NCBI GenBank assembly: GCA_028343845.1
Contig: JAOLZO010000004.1
Coordinates: forward strand, 1 to 64,000
Source: Verrucomicrobiota bacterium
GTDB lineage: Bacteria > Verrucomicrobiota > Verrucomicrobiia > Opitutales > Seribacteraceae
Length of the DNA stretch: 64,000 nt
Direction: 5' to 3'
The position numbers and the translations under genes were made by a program. A model generated the notes under the pieces. The model ran no database searches, had not been told where the DNA came from, and was given only the letters and a program-made list of their open reading frames with translations. This document shows, in pieces, positions 56,662 to 64,000 of the stretch. Each line of letters begins with the position of its first letter. The first letter of the stretch is position 1.

Positions 56662-58671
56662 ATGAAAAGAAACCTTTTTGCAAAGTACTTTCTCCTCTTC
56701 ATTCAAGGTGTGGCAATCTTCACGATGCCCATTACCCTTGGAGCGAAGTCTGCCCAGCCTAACGTCATATTCATATTAACCGACGACTTGGGTTACGGAG
56801 ACCTTGGCGTTCTTTTTCAAAAGCAGCGGAAGGGAGTTCAGCTCAAAACCCCGGAATTGGATCAAATGGCCGAGGAAGGCACGATCATGAACCGGCATTA
56901 CTGTCCCGCGCCCATTTGCGCTCCTTCCCGGGCCTCCCTCATAACGGGTATGCACCAAGGGCACTCGAACGTGCGCAACATGCAATTCGACAAGGCCATC
57001 GAGGATAATTGGAATTTTGCCAACACCTTGCAGAAAGCGGGTTACCACACCATCCATTTGGGCAAGTACGGGTTGCAGGGCTGGGGCAATTCTCCTGAAA
57101 AATGGGCCGGTTATCCGACGAAACGGGGCTTTGATTATTTCTATGGCTACGTCAGGCACGTGGACGGACACCAGCATTACCCGGCAAATTTCTGGGAACT
57201 CGGAGATAATAAATCCCACCAGCAGAAAAAGGAAGTTTGGGAAAACAACAAGGAAGTTTCCGCAGGTTTGGACAAATGCTACACCACCGATTTATGGACC
57301 GCCAAGGCCAAGCAATTGATCGTGGCGGAAGCCAAGGAGAATCCCAAGCGGCCGTTCTTTATGTTTCTATCCTATGACACGCCCCATGCCGCGCTGCAAT
57401 TGCCTACCATCGCCTACCCCAAAGGCAAGGGAATCAAAGACGGACTGCAATGGTTGGGCAAACCCGGCAGAATGATCAACACGGCAGAGGGAACCATCGA
57501 TCATTATCGCGATCCCCATTACACCGACAAGGGTCTGACGGACGTGGCAGAGAGGTTTGCCACTTCCATTACCCGGATTGATCATTGTATCGGTGATCTT
57601 CTGCAAACCCTCAAAGACCTTAAGATCGACAAGGAAACCATTGTCATATTCTCCTCTGACAACGGGCCTCATCGGGAATCCTACATCAAAGGAGCGCGGT
57701 GGAGTCCATCGGTCTTTGAATCGGCCGGCAAATTCACGGGCTCCAAGGGTTCGTCTCAAGAAGGAGGACTTCGAGTGCCCACCTTGGCGTGGGGACCTTC
57801 CAGAATAAAGGCGGGGCAAAAATCCAACGCGCCTTCCCAGTTTCACGATTGGATGGCCACCTTTTGCGATTATGCCGGCCTTGTTGCGCCCGCAAGATCA
57901 GATGGCGTCTCCCTGACCCCGACCCTCCATCAGGCAGGCAAGCAAAGGCAAGGCGTAGTCTACGTCGAATTCAACAACCAACAGGGACTGTACTTGGATG
58001 GCTACAAAGGCTTGCGCATGAAAGCCACGGATCATTCGGTCGACTTTGCCATTTTCAACACCATTGATGACGAGCCTGAGTCGAAGAACCTGGCCGGAAC
58101 CTCCGAAGAGTTCGTTCGTTTGCAAAAGAGAATGAAGGACGAAGTGCTCAGGATAAGAATGCCCAACCGGCACGCTAAGAAATCCTATGATGAGGAATTT
58201 GTCCCCGGCCTTGCCATTGCCGAAGGTGATTTAAGCCAGGGCGTGTTGGTCCAATCCTACCTTGGGGAATGGGACTGGGTTCCCGAGTTTCTTCAAATGA
58301 AAGCCAAGACCATATCCGTGGAAAAGAACATCGGCCTAGGATCGCTTCCTGCTGGAAAAAGCGCAGGCTTGTTGTTTTCCGGATACCTCAAAATTCCCAC
58401 TTCAGGAGACTGGACCTTTCAGTGCGAGGCATCGGGTGGATTGATCTTCAAGATACACAACAAACTGGTCCTCGATGGTGACTATAAGTACGACGGAAGC
58501 GAGCTCAGCACTATGGTAAGACTGGCTGCGGGCATTCATCCCTACCGCCTGTATTACAAGACGTCTTCCGAACAACCCGCCCTCAACCTGCAATGGGAAG
58601 GCCCGAATACGACCAAGGGCTCGATCCCCGCTGATTCATTGGTTATGCCACGCAAGCGCGGGAAAAAATGA
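56662..58671 (+). CDS. S1-family sulfatase (C-A-P-S-R) with a C-terminal PA14 domain.
   Basis: VIFILTDDLGYGDLG...PAPICAPSRASLITGMH...FSSDNGPH. The C-terminal GLLFSGYLKIPTSGDWTFQCEASGGLIFKIHNKLVLDGDY fits PA14. I placed the start at MKRNLF after the upstream stop. Confidence 0.85.
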   Translation: MKRNLFAKYFLLFIQGVAIFTMPITLGAKSAQPNVIFILTDDLGYGDLGVLFQKQRKGVQLKTPELDQMAEEGTIMNRHYCPAPICAPSRASLITGMHQGHSNVRNMQFDKAIEDNWNFANTLQKAGYHTIHLGKYGLQGWGNSPEKWAGYPTKRGFDYFYGYVRHVDGHQHYPANFWELGDNKSHQQKKEVWENNKEVSAGLDKCYTTDLWTAKAKQLIVAEAKENPKRPFFMFLSYDTPHAALQLPTIAYPKGKGIKDGLQWLGKPGRMINTAEGTIDHYRDPHYTDKGLTDVAERFATSITRIDHCIGDLLQTLKDLKIDKETIVIFSSDNGPHRESYIKGARWSPSVFESAGKFTGSKGSSQEGGLRVPTLAWGPSRIKAGQKSNAPSQFHDWMATFCDYAGLVAPARSDGVSLTPTLHQAGKQRQGVVYVEFNNQQGLYLDGYKGLRMKATDHSVDFAIFNTIDDEPESKNLAGTSEEFVRLQKRMKDEVLRIRMPNRHAKKSYDEEFVPGLAIAEGDLSQGVLVQSYLGEWDWVPEFLQMKAKTISVEKNIGLGSLPAGKSAGLLFSGYLKIPTSGDWTFQCEASGGLIFKIHNKLVLDGDYKYDGSELSTMVRLAAGIHPYRLYYKTSSEQPALNLQWEGPNTTKGSIPADSLVMPRKRGKK

Positions 58672-58745
58672 CCACGAAGGTGTTGCATAAACAATCACTC
58701 CAACTTTATTCCGATTACATTCCGTCCGACCTTAACTAAATCCAC

Positions 58746-60104
58746 ATGAAATACACACATCATTCCTTCTTATTCGCCCTCCTCGCACTCGCCGGAGCTT
58801 GCCTCTTTAGCCCGAATACCCTTTCGGCCGCGGACAAGCCTAACGTCGTACTCATTTACATCGATGACTTGGGTTACGGTGATCTCGGATGCTATGACTG
58901 CAAGGACATCCCGACTCCGCACGTCGACCGCTTGGCCAAGGAAGGAGTGCGCTTCACCGCTTCCTACATCACCAACCCACCCTGCTGCCCGAGCCGATGC
59001 GCCCTGATGATGGGCCAGTACGGCCAACGCTTCGGCAAGTACGGGATGTCCCGCGGACTGCCCATTCCCGAAGACCGCCCCACCCTCGCCAAGTTCATGG
59101 GTGAAAATGGATACGTCACCGGTCAGATTGGCAAGTGGGACATCGGCTCGAAAGTTCAAGGTCCGCTTCAAGTCGGCTTCGCTGAGGTCGCGCAAAAACC
59201 GCCCAAGAAAAAGGGATCGAAATATTTCTGCAAAAACAAGGACGGCAAGATCCAGTGGCTGACCGACTACGACGGGGACAACGTCGTCACCTTCATCGAA
59301 CGACACAAGGACAAACCCTTCTTTCTCTACTGGTCTCCTGAAGCCGTCCATTCAAAGAATGACGAGGCTCCCCCGAGCCTGACCGAACGCACCACCGCCA
59401 AAGGCAAGCGGAGCAAATTGGCCGGAGCCATCGTCTCGGTCGACGATCAGGTGGGCAAGCTGATGAAAGCCTTGAGCAAGAATGGTCTGCGCAAGAACAC
59501 GCTGGTCATTTTCTCCAGTGACAACGGAGCCAACGGAAGCGAAGATGGATCCTCCGCACCCTACCGTGGAGGAAAGGGATCCGGTACCCAACAGGAAGGC
59601 TGGGTGCGCGTACCGACCGTCTTCTCCATGCCTGGCGTCATTCCCCAGGGCAGGGACTACCACAAGCAAATCGCCAACTTCGATTTCTATTCCACCATCG
59701 CCTCGGTGGCCGGTTTGCCCATCCCGAAACATTGCGACGGGGTCAACCTGATCCCTTATCTCACTGGCAAGAAAAAGGAAGAACCTCACGAGTATCTTTT
59801 CTGGTTGAACAATGAGCCCGGTGACGCCGAAAGAAGACATCTGATCGCGGTGCGGTGGAAAAAGTGGAGACTTTACAAAAAGTATGCCAAGGATGATTGG
59901 CAATTGTTCGACCTCGAGGCCGACCCCAAGGAAGAACGGAACGTCGCGGCCAAGCACACCGAGGTCGTCAAGCAACTCTCCGTCAAGCACGCGGACTGGG
60001 TCAAGACCCTCGCCCCGTTGGGCAAGATCCCCAAACTCGCCAGATCCGACGATCGCATTGGGACGGGTCACGGCTGGGCGTACGCAAAAGATCCTGCCAA
60101 GTAA
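58746..60104 (+). CDS. S1-family sulfatase (C-C-P-S-R).
   Basis: VVLIYIDDLGYGDLG...NPPCCPSRCALMMGQY...GKWDIG...IFSSDNGA. Confidence 0.9.
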   Translation: MKYTHHSFLFALLALAGACLFSPNTLSAADKPNVVLIYIDDLGYGDLGCYDCKDIPTPHVDRLAKEGVRFTASYITNPPCCPSRCALMMGQYGQRFGKYGMSRGLPIPEDRPTLAKFMGENGYVTGQIGKWDIGSKVQGPLQVGFAEVAQKPPKKKGSKYFCKNKDGKIQWLTDYDGDNVVTFIERHKDKPFFLYWSPEAVHSKNDEAPPSLTERTTAKGKRSKLAGAIVSVDDQVGKLMKALSKNGLRKNTLVIFSSDNGANGSEDGSSAPYRGGKGSGTQQEGWVRVPTVFSMPGVIPQGRDYHKQIANFDFYSTIASVAGLPIPKHCDGVNLIPYLTGKKKEEPHEYLFWLNNEPGDAERRHLIAVRWKKWRLYKKYAKDDWQLFDLEADPKEERNVAAKHTEVVKQLSVKHADWVKTLAPLGKIPKLARSDDRIGTGHGWAYAKDPAK

Positions 60105-60287
60105 GTAATTCGTTGGTCAGGTTTTGCTTTCCACTCTCTGTATTTATCTTCGCGTTCTACCCTACTGATTCGCGAAAAAAACTTTTGAATAAGGATGTTT
60201 TTGGAGTTGCGTAAAAAGTGCTCTAAGAAAAAATAATTTCAAAACCATAACAACGTGAACTTTCCATTCATCATTGATTCGTAACCT

Positions 60288-63200
60288 TTGACCCATCGCA
60301 TGGAACCCAAGAACAAGACAGTGCATTTGATACGATCGGTCGATACCTTCAGACTTGCCATAGCCAGTGTGTGCCTGACGACTTCGGCTCTGGCTGATGA
60401 AAAACTGACTTTCTTTGAATCAAAGATTCGGCCGATTTTCGTAGAAAAGTGCTATGACTGTCACTCGGTCAAGGCAGCTGAGCAGAACAAACTGAAGGGT
60501 GGATTTTATATCGACGTACGCGAGGGGTTGTTGCGGGGTGGCGATAGCGGGCCGGCGGTGATCCCCGGTCAACCGGAGAAGAGTTTGCTGATGCAGGTGA
60601 TTCGCCATGAAATCATAGACATGCAGATGCCGCCGAAGAAGGCAAAGCTCAGCGACCGGCAGATCGCGGATATGGAGCAGTGGATAAAGGATGGTTGCGC
60701 CGACCCGCGCAACGGGGAGCTTCCTGAGACCGAGGAACAGGTCATCGACTTGCAAGCAGCGAGAACCTTTTGGTCCTTTCGCCCACTGGAGAAGGTTAGC
60801 CCACCGCCGGTCAAAGACACAGCCTTGAGTGCCAACCCGATCGATCAATTCGTGCTGCACGAATTGGAGGCCAAAGGGATCCCGTTCGCTCCCGAGGCAT
60901 CGAAAACAACTTCGATTCGTCGTCTCTACATGGGACTGACCGGACTTGCTCCAAGCAGAGCGGAGGTCGAGGTATTCCTGAATGACAAAGATCCCCAGGA
61001 CTGGAGCAAACTGGTGGACAAAGTTCTGAGCAGTAAACGTTTCGGCGAGCGCTGGGCTCGCCACTGGCTGGACCTGGCGCGTTTTGCGGAAAGTAATGGC
61101 TACGCCTTCGACAGGGATCGAAAAGGCGCCTTTCACTATCGGGATTTCGTCATCAAGGCGCTCAATGAGGATCTGCCCTACGATGAATTCGTACGCATGC
61201 AGTTGGCCGGGGATTTGATTGACGACAAGAGCCAAGATCACGTCGCCGCGACGGGCTTTATCGCCGCCGGCCCCTTTACTTCCCAGCAGACGGCCAAGGA
61301 ACGGGAACGCAGCCGCTACGAGCAGTTGGACGACCTGATCGGCACGGTCGGCACCGCCATGCTCGGGCTTTCGGTGGCCTGCGCCCGCTGCCACGACCAC
61401 AAATTCGATCCGATCAGCGCCGATGATTACTACAGCATGATCACCGCCTTCGGAAAGACCGGCTTCCAGACCGTCGGCACGGACTTTGAGCCCGACGTTT
61501 ACAAGGCGGCCAAGGAGGAGTTTGAGCGCAAGCATCAGCCGATCGTAAAAGCGCTGAAGGCCTATGAAGACAACGAGCTGCCCAAGCGCACCTCCGAAAT
61601 GAAAAAGAAATGGCAATCGCATGAGGCCGACGAGACGCTCTTGGCAAAGAAGCAAAAGGATTGGGAGGCGATGCAGATCCCCGTCATCAAGCGCGGCGGA
61701 CTGAAGCAATACCCGATCGAGATACGCTCATCCACGGCAACCGGCAACGCAAAGATCCAGACTAACAGCGAGAATATTACGCGCCTGACCGGCGCAAATC
61801 CGGAAAAAGCCACCTACACCCTCGAAGGCAATGCCGGTCCGGTTCCGCGGATCGCCGCCATCATGCTGGAGATTTTCGCTGACGACGAATTGCCGGGCAA
61901 GGGTCCCGGACGGGCCACGAACGGCAACTTCGTGCTCAGCAATTTCACCGTGGAATCGAACGGTGAGCCGGTTAAGCTCACCGAGGCGCTCGCGGACTTC
62001 AGCCAGAACGGCCACCCAATTGCCCACACCATTGATACGAACAAGAAGACTGGCTGGGCAGTTTCCGGTGCCATCGGCAAGGATCATATCGCGGTGTTCA
62101 AGCTTGAAAAACCGATCACCTCACAGGAAGCGGTAACGCTCAAGATCGTCATGGATCATCAGTATGGCCACCGCCACAGCCTCGGGAAGTTTCGCTTGCG
62201 AGCGCTGTCTGACTTCCCGAAGTCAACCGATGAGATCAAGGGCGATGCCGTAGTACCGCAGGCGATCGCGACCATCCTGCTGAAGGATACGCGCAGTGAC
62301 GCAGAAGCAAAGAAGACACGCGATTACTACCTGCGGACCAATGCCACGACCCCCTTTGAGGCGAATGGATGGCGTCATTTGAGTACCAAGGAGGCGATCG
62401 ACCTGGACGCAATCGACTTTGATCAACTGGACGAAAAGGCTTGGAAGGCGGTGGACTGGAAGGACAAAAAAGACATCACCACGACCAACGGCTATGCCTA
62501 CCGACGGATTGATTCGGCACGCGACTACCCGGTTATCCTGACACTCAAGGTAGCCGGCAACACCGAAGCGTGGCTGAATGGCGAGTCGGTGGTGAAGCGC
62601 GAGAACGGTAACTTCAAGCAAGTCGACACCCGCCACGTCTATCTGCGCAAGGGTGCCAACGACCTCGTCGTTAAGCTCGACACCAAGAACAACAAGCCTC
62701 GTCTGAACTTTGGCCTCAAACCTGGCGCAGGAAACGAAACACTGGTGCTGCTCAATAAACCGGAACTGACCACTGAGGAGTCGAAGGCGTTGGGCAAGTG
62801 GCACGCGCCGTACGACGCCAAGTGGAAAAAAATGAAGGCCGACATCGACGCCAGCAAGGCAAAGGAACCGAAACCCAAGCTCACCGAAATTTATCAAGCA
62901 AGGAAGAACGGTACCACCTACGGCAAGTACACCATTCATCACCTCGTGCGCGGCAACTCCGACATGAAACTCGAACCGGCTAATCCCGGATTCATGGACG
63001 TGCTGATGCGATCGGAGGTGAGCGACGAAAAGTGGTTAAAGGATACCAAGGAAGCCGAACCGCGGGTCGCCTTTGCCAATTGGATTACCGACGAAAAGGA
63101 AGGTGCCGGCAGCCTTCTCGCGCGCGTCATCGTCAACCGCATCTGGAGGCAACATATGGGCAAGGGAATCGTCGCCTCAGCCAGCAATTTTGGCACCACC

Positions 63201-63878
63201 GGCGATAGGCCCACTCACCCCGATTTGCTCGATTGGTTGGCCATGACCCTGATCGAGAATGACTGGAGCCAAAAGTCCATTCATCGTCTCATTTTGAATT
63301 CAGCAGTGTATCGACAGGGCGTCGCCACCAGTGACGTTGGGCTTTCGCGCGACCCCGACAACAAACTATTGTGGACGCGACCGCGCCAGCGCATCGAGGC
63401 CGAAGTCATTCGTGATCGCCTGATGCAAATGAGCGGCGACCTCGAAACCAAAATGTATGGAAAGGGTACGCTTTCGCTGACCGACCCGCGCCGCAGCGTT
63501 TACCTCACCGTCAAACGCAGCAAACTTTTGCCCTTCCTTCAATTGTTTGACGCCCCCGACGCCATCGAAGGCAAAGAGATGCGCAACGAGACCAACTCCG
63601 CTCCACAGTCCCTGACTCTGCTAAACTCCAAGTTCGTACGCGAAATGAGCGCCAAGCTGGCGACACGCATAAAAGCGGATTCCAACGAAGCCTTGGTCAC
63701 CCAACTCTATTGGGAAACTTACTCCCGACCGCCCCTCCCCCGAGAACTGAGCTACCTCGCTGAATTCCTTTCTCGGCAGACCAGCCTCTACGAGGGCGAC
63801 GCCAAGGCCGCGGACAAGGCTAAGATTGATCTTTGCCAGCTACTGATCTGCAGCAACGAATTTGTCTACGTTGATTAA
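60288..63878 (+). CDS. PSCyt-type protein (CxxCH, DUF1549 and DUF1553) with a discoidin-like region. Pair 4.
   Basis: KCYDCHS; DLARFAESNGYAFDRDRKGAFHYRDF; C-terminal DUF1553 (SVYLTVKRSKLLPFLQLFDAPD). Confidence 0.85.
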   Translation: MTHRMEPKNKTVHLIRSVDTFRLAIASVCLTTSALADEKLTFFESKIRPIFVEKCYDCHSVKAAEQNKLKGGFYIDVREGLLRGGDSGPAVIPGQPEKSLLMQVIRHEIIDMQMPPKKAKLSDRQIADMEQWIKDGCADPRNGELPETEEQVIDLQAARTFWSFRPLEKVSPPPVKDTALSANPIDQFVLHELEAKGIPFAPEASKTTSIRRLYMGLTGLAPSRAEVEVFLNDKDPQDWSKLVDKVLSSKRFGERWARHWLDLARFAESNGYAFDRDRKGAFHYRDFVIKALNEDLPYDEFVRMQLAGDLIDDKSQDHVAATGFIAAGPFTSQQTAKERERSRYEQLDDLIGTVGTAMLGLSVACARCHDHKFDPISADDYYSMITAFGKTGFQTVGTDFEPDVYKAAKEEFERKHQPIVKALKAYEDNELPKRTSEMKKKWQSHEADETLLAKKQKDWEAMQIPVIKRGGLKQYPIEIRSSTATGNAKIQTNSENITRLTGANPEKATYTLEGNAGPVPRIAAIMLEIFADDELPGKGPGRATNGNFVLSNFTVESNGEPVKLTEALADFSQNGHPIAHTIDTNKKTGWAVSGAIGKDHIAVFKLEKPITSQEAVTLKIVMDHQYGHRHSLGKFRLRALSDFPKSTDEIKGDAVVPQAIATILLKDTRSDAEAKKTRDYYLRTNATTPFEANGWRHLSTKEAIDLDAIDFDQLDEKAWKAVDWKDKKDITTTNGYAYRRIDSARDYPVILTLKVAGNTEAWLNGESVVKRENGNFKQVDTRHVYLRKGANDLVVKLDTKNNKPRLNFGLKPGAGNETLVLLNKPELTTEESKALGKWHAPYDAKWKKMKADIDASKAKEPKPKLTEIYQARKNGTTYGKYTIHHLVRGNSDMKLEPANPGFMDVLMRSEVSDEKWLKDTKEAEPRVAFANWITDEKEGAGSLLARVIVNRIWRQHMGKGIVASASNFGTTGDRPTHPDLLDWLAMTLIENDWSQKSIHRLILNSAVYRQGVATSDVGLSRDPDNKLLWTRPRQRIEAEVIRDRLMQMSGDLETKMYGKGTLSLTDPRRSVYLTVKRSKLLPFLQLFDAPDAIEGKEMRNETNSAPQSLTLLNSKFVREMSAKLATRIKADSNEALVTQLYWETYSRPPLPRELSYLAEFLSRQTSLYEGDAKAADKAKIDLCQLLICSNEFVYVD

Positions 63879-63886
63879 AACGACCC

Positions 63887-64000
63887 ATGAAACACTCACG
63901 ACGAAAGTTTTTGAGCCAAGCGGGAGCTGCCGCCGGTATCTTTGCCACCCAGGGCGCCTTTGCCCAAAACAACCCGCTGGCCTTCGGCACCGGACATTTT
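63887..64000 (+). CDS. DUF1501-family Tat-secreted protein. Pair 4. The 3' end lies outside the window.
   Basis: MKHSRRKFLSQAGAAAGIFATQGAFA begins 9 bp after the PSCyt stop and has the same Tat signal as the other three DUF1501 partners. Confidence 0.6.
   Translation, partial: MKHSRRKFLSQAGAAAGIFATQGAFAQNNPLAFGTGHF

Noticed and set aside
58770-60071. Two minus-strand ORFs (193 and 239 aa).
   Set aside because: They are antisense to the sulfatase at 58746-60104.
60420-61709. A 429-aa minus-strand ORF.
   Set aside because: It is antisense to PSCyt pair-4 gene. It is Leu/Arg/Gly-rich with no domain logic.
62223-62942. A 239-aa minus-strand ORF.
   Set aside because: It is antisense to PSCyt pair-4 gene.

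Overview
The window is a 64 kb chromosomal segment, about 55% GC, with gene content typical of the PVC superphylum (Planctomycetota/Verrucomicrobiota). Coding density is high on both strands. I found no rRNA, tRNA, CRISPR array, transposase or integrase.

Most of the window is a sulfated-glycan utilization region. It has eight S1-family sulfatases (one partial at the 5' edge) and one canonical formylglycine-generating enzyme. It has four translationally coupled pairs of a PSCyt (CxxCH, DUF1549/DUF1553) protein and a Tat-secreted DUF1501 sulfatase-like protein. Other members are PVC-type heme-binding/dehydrogenase proteins, a Gfo/Idh/MocA oxidoreductase, an esterase, a metzincin-like protease, glycoside-hydrolase-like hypotheticals and two AraC regulators.

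Embedded in this region are three things that stand out.

1. A 1311-aa multidomain membrane protein at 3363-7298. It has an unknown N-terminal domain, one transmembrane helix, a vWA-like DxSxS motif, repeated SHD1-like modules and a low-GC C-terminal FGE/SUMF1-like domain. Its locus is bracketed by ~60 bp att-like direct repeats; the left copy is a decayed duplicate of the 3' end of the neighbouring SMR efflux gene. The gene also contains a ~96% identical ~130 bp internal duplication and a sharp intragenic GC drop.

2. Two tandem, divergent flagellin/FlgL-family paralogs at 9312-12238. They share an atypical middle domain, lie in a non-flagellar neighbourhood, and one has a perfect 8-2-8 palindrome at its putative promoter.

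3. A module of ECF sigma factor, putative anti-sigma, membrane proteins, PqiA-like protein and a YqiJ(NfeD)/flotillin pair at 21109-27146.

Two adjacent sulfatases have non-canonical active-site motifs (C-M-G-S-R and C-G-A-S-R) next to the canonical FGE.

The many long antisense ORFs in the six-frame track are high-GC artefacts. All calls come from reading the sequence and the translations; no database search was run.
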